A DNA stretch of 64,000 nt from Gemmatimonadaceae bacterium (GCA_040901985.1 JBBDYC010000007.1:55657-119656), one strand, 5' to 3'; numbered from the stretch's first letter, positions 49,489 through 59,297 are shown. Notes: generated by a model not told the origin, from the sequence alone. Program-made: numbers and translations.

Positions 49489-50340
49489 AACCTATCCCAC
49501 AAACCGTCGAGAGAGGATGACGATGCAGCCGAGCTGTACGAACGCGAGGAAGTTCTCGACGTGGCGCTCGTAGCGGCTCACGAGGCGGCGGAAGTTCTGC
49601 AGCCACGCGAAGAGGCGTTCGATCTTCCAGCGGCGGCGGTAGCGGCGGAGCTGGCGGCCGTCCTGCGTGATGTGCCGCCGCGTCGAGCGATGGGGCGCGA
49701 TGAACTCGATGCCGCGCTTGGCCATGCGCGCGTCGAGGGCGTCGCTGTCGTCGTCACGGTCCCCAATCAGGCGCGTCGGCAGGCGCCGCAGGAAGCGGCT
49801 CTTCAGAACGTCGTCAACAAGTCCAATCTCACCTGGGGTCGCACTTGCGACAGCAACGGCGAGAGGAAGACCAGCACCGTCTGCGATTGCCATGATCTTG
49901 GTGCCTTTCCCCTTGCGGGTGAGCCCGACGGCGGAGCCCCCTTTTTCGCCCCCGCGAAGGTGGCGTCGATGAACGCCTCGCTGAAATCGTATCCCCCGGC
50001 GGCGGCCAGCTCCTGGGCCAGGTGGCGGAGGATCCGGTACATCGTGCCCGACCGGGCCCACAGTTGGAACCGGCGGTGACAGGTCGATCGGGGCGGGTAG
50101 CGGTCGGGCAGCTCGTCCCACTGCGCGCCGGTGCGCATCACCCACAGGATGCCATTCAACACGTCGCGGGGATCGCGCCACGGTCGCCCGCGCCCATCGG
50201 AGCGCCGGCGGGGCTTCGGCAGCAGGGGTTCGATCCGGCGCCACTGTGCATCGGTGAGGTCCACGCGTCGCCTCCGAAGGGTGGTTTCCCCAAAGGACGA
50301 GTGACCTGATCAATGCATTACTCATTTACGGGATAGGTTC
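49488..50340 (-). mobile_element. IS5-family insertion sequence (IS427-like, ~853 bp)
   Basis: Terminal inverted repeats GAACCTATCCC..AAA; both ends sit in CTAG (TA duplication); two-ORF transposase. Confidence 0.92.
49492..50264 (-). CDS. IS5 transposase, orfA/orfB joined by a -1 frameshift at the A/G run near 49,940
   Basis: orfA MDLTDAQW...GRP...RTGAQW; orfB GKGTK...YRRRWKIERLFAWL...RYE. Confidence 0.88.
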
Positions 50341-51015
50341 TAGCTGCCCTCCAATGCGCTCGGCGAAGTCGTCTTGCTGAGGCAACTGCCAAAGGAGCCT
50401 TGAAATCAGTAGCGCCGGGAGGCCTTTCGAGGCCAGCACTACTGGAAATGTAGCCGCGAGAGTCTCCCTAATTTTCCATAGGCGATCGCCTGCCCCGTCG
50501 CCAAGGAGTCTCGCCAAGACTATCGCGCGCTGCCAGCACTCCTTACCGTCGCAGACGAGCGAGTCCGAATCAAGCGGCAAGCGACGATACGCATCAATGG
50601 CCAACAACGCGAACTGCGGATCGCGCGGAGCTCGATAGGTCCACGACAGGTCGGCGAGACGGGCCTGCAGCCATGGATCCGTCGCCTCGCGAGCTATCTG
50701 GCCCAAGAGTTCGATCTCGTCGCTCTGCAAGTCATCCAAAATCAGACTGCGGCGTCCGCCCACCTGGAACCACGCCTGAAAAGGCCCGTTCGTACTCTCC
50801 GGCCTAATGATCATTTTGCATACGTCCGCGAGAAACCAAAGGAGCTTGGCACGTGCAGGAAATTCTGATTCCAAGGCGGTCTTCGCCGCTTTCCCCAAAG
50901 CCTCCGATACTCCCCGACAGCCATCCCGCTCCTTGGTTGCCAGGATAGCAGAGGCGTCAGCAACGCGAAAAACCTCGATGGAGAGTACCGCGTTGATGTC
51001 GCGCCACTCAGACAT
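50341..51015 (-). pseudogene. IS-truncated gene resembling the N-terminus of DUF4209-type proteins
   Basis: Frame runs into the IS end and stops inside it; LQARLADLSW and WQRA motifs (family recalled, not searched). Confidence 0.6.
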
Positions 51016-51038
51016 CTTCGCAGCTCGTTCGCGGTGTG

Positions 51039-54000
51039 CTATCCCACAAACTTCACGCCCCTAAACCGCCCTGCCTTCTCCTCCACCACCTCCCCCATTA
51101 ACGCGAGGGTCTCCAAGTGCCGCGCCACGTGCTCCTTCTTAGCACCGGTGAACAGGTCCGCAATCTGCGCCGTGCTCAACACCTGGTGCCCGAGTAGAGC
51201 GCCGATAGCTTGCAATTGCTCGTGCGCCCTCTCGGGCCACAGAGCCTTGACAGCGCCGCCTTTCCCCTCACTGGCAGCCGTGGCCTTATCCTTGCCCTTG
51301 GCCTTCGCCCGGGGCTTCTCGTCCAGTCCCAGCGTGTTAGCGCGCGCAGCCTGGTTCGGCGCAAAACGGGGAATCTGATAGTCGGGCCTCAGCCAGCGGA
51401 CCTTACCCTCACTCTCCTCCTCAACTCGCTCATCGTGCAGCGCGACAATCCGCTCAAGAACTTCTTCTTGTTCCAGCGGCCAGGACCAACCATATGCTTT
51501 GGCCACCAATGCGTCGAGCTCAGCGTGGAGATCGCGGAGAACGCCGCACGCAGCGATCTCGTGGATGGAGCGTTCCTTTGGCGTGAGAGCTTCATCTGAG
51601 CAGAGCTTCTTGACAACATTATACATCCCAGTCATCGTGACGCGCTCGTCGCGAGCGATAGCGTCTTTGCGGTGTGTGTCAAGCTTCTCGGCGAGCGCGG
51701 CGATCCGCTCGCGGAGTCCGGCGGGTGGATCAGGGAAGGGAAACGGGTCAAAGCAGAGAGACTTGTTGTAGCGCGGACGATCCTCGAGCCTGCCGCCGGC
51801 AGCGAGCGCCCATGTGGCATGCACCTTAGATGACAGGATTCCACCTATCCACGGCATATCCACTGCGATCACAACGATGGAGTCGTCGGGCGCCACGCTT
51901 GAGTTGACGAACGAAAACGTGCGGTGAGCCGCCACGTAGGCCGTGGCGATGAAACGCTTCAGAGTGCTTGTGGCGTCGCGCAGTCCTGTCCGCGCCTCGC
52001 CGTACCGCCACCATAGGTCGCGGTACGAGGCGCGTTTGTTGGTAGCGCGATCTGGTTGAACTCGCGACCTGACGATGTCGAATGGAACCGCGTACTCACG
52101 GGCCTCAACCTCGGTGCGCAACGCGAAGTCAATGGAGAAGGCATCACGCGGCCGCTGCGTGAGGTCACGCCCATTGACGAATGGCCGAACGACATCGCGG
52201 TTGCGCGGTTCCTTGAGCAACTCGAGCGCCTCGGCCCTATCAAGAAGAAATCCGCTCGCTTGTGGGCTGAAGCCCTGATGGCAGATCCCGCTGTTAGAGA
52301 GCAGCGCCTGTTCGACGGCGCTGCTGACATCCGCATGCGCGGTGAGGTCCGCATTCAGTCGCTCCACTTCCCGCGTCCTCAGAACGTGCGCTGCTTCATC
52401 CACAGTCAGCGCCGTCGCGCGCTCGGGCCGCAGCGCAGTCACTGTCATCGCAACGCGAACCGCCGCAGAATCGCCATCCCCGTCCCACGGATGGTCCGCG
52501 ATAGCCCACGTGACTCTGGCGCCTCGCTCGGCAGCAGCGGAAACCACCGCGCGATTCGACTTCTGCACGATGCTGTTCGTGGTGATCAAGCCAGCCCGCT
52601 GTACACGCCCATCGGCCACTCGCCGAGCGGCCTCCGCCCACCAGTACATCACAAGGTCCACGCCCTCGGAGATGTCGCCGCGCACGGCGCGCAACGCCTC
52701 GACGTAGCCATCACCAAGCGCCGTGCGCATCCGCTTGTTTCCTACGTATGGCGGATTGCCTACGATGAAGTCGGCATCGGGCCACTCCGCAGGCCGAGCA
52801 TTGACGTATTCGTAGTACCGCAACTTCGCGTCAGGATCAGGCACGAGCTTCCCAGTCACGGCATGCTTCACACGAGGCGTAGGATCAGGCACATCCTTCT
52901 CCGGCCTATGCACCACCGCGTCGTACGCCAGCACCGCATCTCGGCACTCAATCGTCCCGGTATCCTCAAGAATCGGATTCGGCGGCGTCCGCCCACCGTG
53001 CGTCTCTCGCCAGAACTGGTGATAGCCAATCCACAGCGTCAGCTCCGCAATCTCCCTTGCCCACGGCTTGATCTCGATACCAAAGAACTGCCGCGGATGC
53101 ACTTCGTCCAATACCAGCCCGCCCTGCCCGCCGCTCAGCCGCTGAATCTCGTTCAACACCTCGTGCTCAATGCGCTTTACCGCCGCCATCGTCACATAGA
53201 GAAAGTTGCCGCTCCCGCACGCGGGGTCGAGAAAGCGCAGTCCGCGCATCCACGTGTGGAACTCCACCAACTCCTTGATCGCCGCCGTGCGATCCCTCTT
53301 GATCTGCGGCGCCTTCTTCCCGCTCTCGTCGATGATCTGCAATACCACTGCCTGCACGGCCGTCCACCGCTCGCGAATGGGCTCCACTACCGTCGGTTCC
53401 ACCAACCGCTCGATGTACTCGCGCGGCGTGTACTCTGCGCCAAGCCGGTGTCGCTCCTCAGGGTCGAGCGCGCGCACGAGTAGCGTGCCAAAGATGCTCG
53501 GCTCCACGCGGGACCAATCGTAGGAGGCGGCCTCAATTAGTAGTGCGACATCCGATGCTTCGAGGGGGAGCGCCTCGCGCGTCTTAAAGAAGTGCCCATT
53601 GAACCGATGCAACAGTTCCGCGCCATACATCCCGCCCTCGTCCATCGTCCTCCAGAGCAGTTCGAGCGCCGCCTTGAGACGCGCGGGATCACCGGAGCCG
53701 CGCGCGGCCTCGAGAGTCTTGCGGAAGAGTTGGTCAGGGAGCAGGCCCACATCTTCGGCAAAGCACGAGAACACCGCGCGCATCAGAAAGCGCGCGACCC
53801 GCTCCTGATCGAGCCCGCGCCCCTCGAGCGCCGCCGCGAGGGCGGCCAACCGACCGGCGATATCTTTTGTCACCTCTTTCGCCCACCCGCGCGGGTCGCG
53901 AGCAGCAGGGCGGGCGAATACGTCCTGAAGGAGAGCGACGTCGTCGACTCGCTCGTGCAGCGAGCTAAGGGCTATGTGGCGGCCCGCGCCGAAATCACCG

Positions 54001-54425
54001 TAACTCCCGCTCCACCGATCCCACAGAATGAGGGTGCGGGGGACATCCACCACCATCAAGTACGGTGGCGGCGTACCAGAAACGTGCGAGGCGTAGTTGC
54101 GCACCTGCCCGAACGCCTTGCGAAGCAATGTGTCGTTGGCGCGACCGGGTTCAGACATCTTCGCCTCCATCGCGAAGTGGCCGGCGTGCCAGGCATCTAT
54201 GTAGTTGGTGGCCAGCTCGCCGTCGCGATCCACAACACGGACAGGGAGCTCAAAGCGGTAGTCGTCGGTGGGCGTCGCGGGCGCAGGGACGCCGAGAGCT
54301 TCGCAAAACTGGAGGAACCAAGTTTGGAACGAGGCGCGCTCGTTGGCCTCGACGCCTGCCCAGCGGACGGTGAGTTCCCTGAGCTTGCCAGCGGCTTCCT
54401 TGGCCGTGAAGAGCGGATCGGTCAC
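51039..54425 (-). CDS. MmeI-like type IIL/IIG restriction-modification enzyme
   Basis: N-terminal D...EAK nuclease motif, GAEYTP, DPACGSGNF, GNPPY, target-recognition region ending FDPFPFP. Confidence 0.9.
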   Translation of the reverse strand: MTDPLFTAKEAAGKLRELTVRWAGVEANERASFQTWFLQFCEALGVPAPATPTDDYRFELPVRVVDRDGELATNYIDAWHAGHFAMEAKMSEPGRANDTLLRKAFGQVRNYASHVSGTPPPYLMVVDVPRTLILWDRWSGSYGDFGAGRHIALSSLHERVDDVALLQDVFARPAARDPRGWAKEVTKDIAGRLAALAAALEGRGLDQERVARFLMRAVFSCFAEDVGLLPDQLFRKTLEAARGSGDPARLKAALELLWRTMDEGGMYGAELLHRFNGHFFKTREALPLEASDVALLIEAASYDWSRVEPSIFGTLLVRALDPEERHRLGAEYTPREYIERLVEPTVVEPIRERWTAVQAVVLQIIDESGKKAPQIKRDRTAAIKELVEFHTWMRGLRFLDPACGSGNFLYVTMAAVKRIEHEVLNEIQRLSGGQGGLVLDEVHPRQFFGIEIKPWAREIAELTLWIGYHQFWRETHGGRTPPNPILEDTGTIECRDAVLAYDAVVHRPEKDVPDPTPRVKHAVTGKLVPDPDAKLRYYEYVNARPAEWPDADFIVGNPPYVGNKRMRTALGDGYVEALRAVRGDISEGVDLVMYWWAEAARRVADGRVQRAGLITTNSIVQKSNRAVVSAAAERGARVTWAIADHPWDGDGDSAAVRVAMTVTALRPERATALTVDEAAHVLRTREVERLNADLTAHADVSSAVEQALLSNSGICHQGFSPQASGFLLDRAEALELLKEPRNRDVVRPFVNGRDLTQRPRDAFSIDFALRTEVEAREYAVPFDIVRSRVQPDRATNKRASYRDLWWRYGEARTGLRDATSTLKRFIATAYVAAHRTFSFVNSSVAPDDSIVVIAVDMPWIGGILSSKVHATWALAAGGRLEDRPRYNKSLCFDPFPFPDPPAGLRERIAALAEKLDTHRKDAIARDERVTMTGMYNVVKKLCSDEALTPKERSIHEIAACGVLRDLHAELDALVAKAYGWSWPLEQEEVLERIVALHDERVEEESEGKVRWLRPDYQIPRFAPNQAARANTLGLDEKPRAKAKGKDKATAASEGKGGAVKALWPERAHEQLQAIGALLGHQVLSTAQIADLFTGAKKEHVARHLETLALMGEVVEEKAGRFRGVKFVG

Positions 54426-54847
54426 GCAGGGAGAATGGCATCCGGCACCGACTCACGCCAGCGGTCTACCGCTCCAGGCTGATCCCCACCTAAAAGTCGA
54501 CGACCTGACGAACGCGCATTGAGCCAGTCCGCACCGGACGAGCCGCGCGCGACCGGAACTGACCAACACTTCTGAATTGCGTGGGTGCGGGCCAGCGACT
54601 CATCAACGCGGCGGCAACATCCACATCGCTCGTGCGAGTGCTCCGGAGAACAGTTCGTCACATGGCGAGCCTTCTTTGGAATGCATACCCAGCGGCGAAT
54701 TCGGCCATCTTCTCGGACCGCCTCGGACTCCGGCGCTTGGATGGCGCGCTGGATCCACTCATCGCGGACCTGGGCACGGTCGGGCCGTAGCTGGGTGTAT
54801 CGAAAGTACTCCGTGGACTTGAAGACGCGCAGATTCCTCTAGTCGGG

Positions 54848-54968
54848 ATAGAGCGTTACACATCAGCTGCGCGCCCATCCAGCCGGGTACTCTTGTGCGA
54901 ACCGCTAACATATACGAGCGCAAGTACTTCGACCGAACCTGCGTGACAGCTGCATATGCTCGTCAGAC
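54848..54968 (-). repeat. Degenerate attC-like site
   Basis: Minus strand GTCTGAC-GAGCATATGCAGCTG ... CAGCTGATGTG; starts 17 nt after the stop of the operon's last gene; R' box decayed. Confidence 0.45.
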
Positions 54969-54985
54969 TTCACCTGTCGACGCCG

Positions 54986-55651
54986 CTATGGTACCAGTGT
55001 ATTGAGCAAGCTATTTGCCTGCCGCCGTTCAACGCGGGTAACAAAGTCTCGAATGTTCGGCACGCCATACAGTACGCTCAGTTCAGCCACCGCATCCTGC
55101 GCCTTTCGTGTGCGGCACATTGCATCGAACGGATAATCGGCGATTGTTCGGAATGTGTCACGCCCACGGGACCTACCGACAGGCAGCGTGTTCCCGCTAT
55201 TGATCGGTGTTAGCTCAATCGAGTCAGCGTACGCCTCCACGAGGGGGCGCGTATGGATGTGAAGAACTGTGTGCGCCCTTCCGCGGTACGCCCTCGCCGA
55301 CAGCAGTCGAAGGAGCCTTTCTTCTGAAAGCCAGAAGAACACGCGCTGATTAATCAACTCATACCACTTTCGTGGCGTAATCCCGTCCATGAGACAGTGG
55401 GCGAGACGATTCTCCGTCATTGGTTTTTGATCCCTGATCACCGCTACACCGTGATCCGGGTGGCGAATGGTGACCGAGTCGGGACGATGTTCGGACAAGA
55501 GTTTGTCACGGTCTTCGCCGTAGATCTCAAACAGGTCTAGTAGAGCTATCGTGCTTAGCAGGCCAAAGCGCTCGATGCTTACCCAACTACCGTCCTCGGC
55601 CATGTGGTAAAGGGTCGGATATGTTTTGAGTAGCTCCTCAAGCGTCACCAT
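54986..55651 (-). CDS. DarT-like putative ADP-ribosyltransferase
   Basis: LYHM..GSW.SI..FGLLS N-terminus, RVFFW, and C-terminal VAELSV (candidate catalytic Glu), as in the DarT pattern. Confidence 0.6.
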   Translation of the reverse strand: MVTLEELLKTYPTLYHMAEDGSWVSIERFGLLSTIALLDLFEIYGEDRDKLLSEHRPDSVTIRHPDHGVAVIRDQKPMTENRLAHCLMDGITPRKWYELINQRVFFWLSEERLLRLLSARAYRGRAHTVLHIHTRPLVEAYADSIELTPINSGNTLPVGRSRGRDTFRTIADYPFDAMCRTRKAQDAVAELSVLYGVPNIRDFVTRVERRQANSLLNTLVP

Positions 55652-57237
55652 GCTCTCCGATCAATGATGCTTCTGTAGTCGAAGCGAGTCGAGATTAATG
55701 ACACGGGTGCAGCCGCGACTCGTTCAAGCTCCACGATAAAACGAATTGTTTCGGGGCGCAGCTGCTCAAAGCGCCGCGCCTTGCGGTTATCGACGCTGAG
55801 GTAATCAACGAATGTGAGAGCAATGTCAGTGGGTGCGTTGAGGGAGGCTGCCGTGCGAAGCAGAACCCAATCGAACTCACCGACTCTTCGCTTACGGCGG
55901 GTTGTCGACGTTCGCTCTGCAACCCGCAGCGACCGGACAGGGATCCCAGATCGCCTCGATACCTCGGGCCAGGAGATCTCGGTCGTCATCGGACCGGACG
56001 CGCCCCCTACGCGAATCGGGTAACTCCGGCACACCATGATGACTTTGCGAACACGTGTCGGGGCGATGCCCGACTCTGCAAGACACCCACTCACGGTAGT
56101 GTCTCGGGAAGTGACGTACGGATAGTGGCCATGGTAGATACTCAGTCCGGTGCCCTGAGTCCCTTCCAACAATGCCTTTCGCCCCCGATAGAAGGCCTCA
56201 TCCAAAACGTCTCTAGCAGGGTGGACATACTGTTTCAACGCGGCGATGTCACGGGCGAGCAAAACCTTCCCCCCAGCCCCCCTTAGTATTCTACGGGCCG
56301 ACGCTTTCCCGACGCCTTGAGCGGTGGACCCAATGCTACCTACGAGCTTCTTTCTCTCAAAGACCTTGTCCTGTTCGGTAATGATCACTGCCTGAGGGTC
56401 GATAGCCAACCGGTCTCGAGACACACCGCAATCGGCAATCTCCTTGGTTAGTTTGTCTACGTCAATTGTTGCACCGGGACCGATGACGAGTTGCGCCTCT
56501 GCCGCCCTAGTGGTTCCGGAAGGAAGTTGATGATGGGTGTACGGCGGATCACCAAAAACCGTATGTCCGGCATTGGGACCGCCCACACGAATGAGTATGT
56601 CGTACTCCGGTGCGAGATACGCTGCTATATGCCCCTTTCCCTCACTTCCGTACTCTCCGCCTACCAGCACATCCACGAGTGGAACATAGGATCTGCCGTA
56701 ATACCCGAGGTGGCTCGCGGCGCGAACGGCAACGTCATCCGCTGAACAGCGATCCGTATCAATTACCACGTCTGCAATCTCTGCCAACTGTTCGATTTGC
56801 GCTTCTGTACGGTTCTTCTGCACCAGCTTATAGCTGGATAACTCCTTCATCGACGTGCGGCGCTTTCTATACCTCCTCTCCAACACTAGGGTTGGAGCCG
56901 TCAGGTGAAGATGAACCACACGAGGTCCAAATGCCTGGCGAGCCGCAGCGATCTGTTCCTTAATCCTGACGGAATCGACTATAAGGAGGCTGTCGGGTGG
57001 AAGAGTAAGGGCGATCTTTGATAGCTCGCGACTCACCCAGCCACCCCTGGTCCGCTTGTCGAGAAGCTCTCCCGCGAGTTGGAGTCCAGACCGCTCATGC
57101 GCAACTTGCGGATCAGCAGAGCGGATCAATTCTTGGGTTCTCACTACTCTGCATCCGAAGCGTTCCGACAGGGCCCGAGCTAATGTACTCTTGCCCCCCG
57201 ACACCGGACCGGATAATAGGACGATCTGCTTAGCCAT
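55645..57237 (-). CDS. P-loop nucleotide kinase fused to an adenylosuccinate synthetase-like (PurZ-type signature) domain
   Basis: GPVSGGKST kinase; GGEYGSEGKG, GGPNAGHT, GSTAQGVG, EGTQG, YPYVTS, YPIRV, TTRRKRRVG, TFVD. Confidence 0.88.
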   Translation of the reverse strand: MAKQIVLLSGPVSGGKSTLARALSERFGCRVVRTQELIRSADPQVAHERSGLQLAGELLDKRTRGGWVSRELSKIALTLPPDSLLIVDSVRIKEQIAAARQAFGPRVVHLHLTAPTLVLERRYRKRRTSMKELSSYKLVQKNRTEAQIEQLAEIADVVIDTDRCSADDVAVRAASHLGYYGRSYVPLVDVLVGGEYGSEGKGHIAAYLAPEYDILIRVGGPNAGHTVFGDPPYTHHQLPSGTTRAAEAQLVIGPGATIDVDKLTKEIADCGVSRDRLAIDPQAVIITEQDKVFERKKLVGSIGSTAQGVGKASARRILRGAGGKVLLARDIAALKQYVHPARDVLDEAFYRGRKALLEGTQGTGLSIYHGHYPYVTSRDTTVSGCLAESGIAPTRVRKVIMVCRSYPIRVGGASGPMTTEISWPEVSRRSGIPVRSLRVAERTSTTRRKRRVGEFDWVLLRTAASLNAPTDIALTFVDYLSVDNRKARRFEQLRPETIRFIVELERVAAAPVSLISTRFDYRSIIDRRAW

Positions 57238-57243
57238 CGATCA

Positions 57244-58605
57244 TTAGCCTGAGAATAGCGACAGGCTAACTTGGGATTCTTGCATCACGGGCGCGTTGGG
57301 CAGAGAATACACGGTTACGGGGATTCTCCGTGAACAGATTGTCTGTTTGATCATGTCTACGACAACATCCCACGCCCCCCTTGCCTGTCCCGTTCCGATG
57401 CGGGGCATGTGAAGCGACTTCTGAGTGCGCGATGCTTCCGCGGCGATGTCGATGAGACCTTGCCGGAGAGCTCCGTATCGAATACGGGGACGCTTGCCGT
57501 CCCCATAACCCTTCTGTGCGACTACACTCGCGACCGTCACGCGATCATCGGCTTGACTAAAGTGGACGCTTCCTAGCGCAAGATTGCCCGGGACTCGCGC
57601 CCACTCAGCGAAATCCTTCTGTAAATGCGGCCAGCGATCCCTTACTGCCATTGCAAAGCCGCGACCGCCCCAACTGGGCGTCGCGTCGTTGACGACGTGC
57701 ACGAGAAGACACGGTTGGTCGCCCCGTGGCTGAGTCGCATCTCCAGTGACGTAGCTTAGGAGCTTGCCAGCCGTAGCGTGCTTTCCAGGGGGAAGTGCCA
57801 AGCCTACAACGCGAGGTACCCGCGTACCTGGATATGGCGGAATGGCCACACATTCAACGTGGAGGCGGTCGACCTGTTGCCAAGCTTCTTGCCCACGAGA
57901 AGTGAAGCCGATCGCGGAGCATTCAGTCACGTGTGATTTGAGGGGGAGCAGGACTCCGGTTGCATCGCCACGATCCCATGTAGCTGAAGAGATTCCGTAG
58001 TCCACTCTATAGCGGGCGCCCACCTGCGCTGATGACGCGCAAAACATATAGCATTTGGCTTCGGTGAGTTCGGTAAGGCGTATTAGCAAAGCCTCGGCCG
58101 ATACACCGAAGCGTGTGCGCACTTCCATGAGGTCCTCAACCGTAGCTTCAGCCAGTTCGACGTCTGCAAGGCTGGCAGCCGGCATCAGGATTTCAGCCGC
58201 GGCGATGTTACATAAAGCTTCGAGTTGCCAAGAATCGCTGGTTGATTCGTGATAGAGCCCACGATTTCTGACCACGTCTGCGCAGTCTGGGAAGAGTGTG
58301 TGGGCAATTTCATGCGCCAGCGAATATCGCACGCGATGTAGGGGGCGATTGGGATTGTACTCGATCCGGAAGCGTTCCCGTCCCACCGCGACGATCCGAG
58401 CGTCGCGAACGTCCTCCTTGGGGACGACAGCAATACCTAGGTGCTCAGCGAGGTTCATCGGCTCAAAAGGAGGCCCTGACCAGCCGGATTCGAGCGCGCG
58501 GTAGACAACCTCTCTCGCGCGCTCGATCACCTCCTGGACCGGATCAGCGGTGGTCGCCAGGAGCAGCACCGAGGGATTTGTCCAGTGCGCTACTTTTCTT
58601 CTCAA
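57244..58605 (-). CDS. ImmA/IrrE (M78) metallopeptidase fused to a C-terminal Macro domain
   Basis: RYSLAHEIAH (HExxH), E..CN..AAEILMP; GDATQP, HVVN, WGGRGFA, MPRIGTG. Confidence 0.88.
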   Translation of the reverse strand: MRRKVAHWTNPSVLLLATTADPVQEVIERAREVVYRALESGWSGPPFEPMNLAEHLGIAVVPKEDVRDARIVAVGRERFRIEYNPNRPLHRVRYSLAHEIAHTLFPDCADVVRNRGLYHESTSDSWQLEALCNIAAAEILMPAASLADVELAEATVEDLMEVRTRFGVSAEALLIRLTELTEAKCYMFCASSAQVGARYRVDYGISSATWDRGDATGVLLPLKSHVTECSAIGFTSRGQEAWQQVDRLHVECVAIPPYPGTRVPRVVGLALPPGKHATAGKLLSYVTGDATQPRGDQPCLLVHVVNDATPSWGGRGFAMAVRDRWPHLQKDFAEWARVPGNLALGSVHFSQADDRVTVASVVAQKGYGDGKRPRIRYGALRQGLIDIAAEASRTQKSLHMPRIGTGQARGAWDVVVDMIKQTICSRRIPVTVYSLPNAPVMQESQVSLSLFSG

Positions 58606-58684
58606 CTGTGTAATCGGCTGTAGGAGGACGGACTTGCAGGCCGGCTGATGATGCCGAAGGCTTCTCGAAGGCGCAACGGGTGAA

Positions 58685-58819
58685 ATCTAACGTGGGCTTC
58701 CGCTGTGAACGCTCATATAAAAGGGTTTGGCAAGGCGTCCGCAACCAAGCCTAGGTCATCACGGACGCCCCGCCCAACCCAATCCGCACCGCGTTCATCG
58801 GCAGCAAGCGTCGTTATGC
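58685..58819 (-). repeat. attC-like site (best preserved)
   Basis: Minus strand GCATAAC-GACGCTTGCTGCCGATGAACGC ... GCGTTCACAGCGGAAGCCCAC-GTTAGAT: R''/R' boxes with imperfect inverted arms. Confidence 0.75.
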
Positions 58820-58824
58820 CGCAA

Positions 58825-59200
58825 TCACGGGGAGTCCAGTCCTAATTGCTGGAATGCGAGTTTCTTCAAGAGCTCCTTTAACACATCGTATGGTAACGCT
58901 TCCGCCTTTCTCAACGACGATGCCGGTCGCTTTGCGCCAAAGTGTTTCATTCTTCGCATTCGCAAGAAACTGGTGGCCATCCCACGTGAGCCGCTCGAGG
59001 TGAACTGCAACGACACGCGCCTCACCCATGCCTCCATGATGAGCTTTGCCTTCGATAAGCCCCGCTTCCATCAGGAGTTCTGCATGCTCAAAGACGTCAT
59101 CGTCTTCGCGATCCTCTAGCTGCAGCTCCGGATAGGTGTTGGCAGGCGCCGCCTCCATCGCGAGGAGGATTTCTCGAACCAGCCCGTAGTCCAGCTTCAT
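58825..59200 (-). pseudogene. DUF2513-like protein with a 1-nt insertion near 58,894
   Basis: MKLDYGLVREILL, LTWDGHQFL; the expected tail DVLKELLKKLA is in another frame. Confidence 0.7.
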
Positions 59201-59230
59201 GTGTCCTCTTGATAGAATCTGTCGCCGTCG

Positions 59231-59297
59231 GCATCACGTTTGCTCCAGCCGCAATCCCTACTGCGTTTGCGCTTATCGGAAGCACGCGTCGTCGTGC
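59231..59297 (-). repeat. Short degenerate attC-like site
   Basis: Plus strand GCATCACGTTTGCTCCAGCCGC ... GGAAGCACGCGTCGTCGTGC matches both ends of the other sites. Confidence 0.5.

Noticed and set aside
51039..51051. 13-bp identity (CTATCCCACAAAC) between the end of the MmeI-like gene and the IS left end
   Set aside because: Both encode FVG-stop; the outer GAAC of the inverted repeat is missing and there is no other IS remnant, so probably coincidence.
54430..54845. Short ORFs between the MmeI-like gene and the degenerate attC
   Set aside because: No recognisable motif, RBS or consistent frame; possibly a decayed remnant.
55645..57237. Housekeeping purA or a prophage Z-genome cluster
   Set aside because: The catalytic Asp is replaced, a kinase is fused, codon usage is foreign, and no phage genes are nearby.
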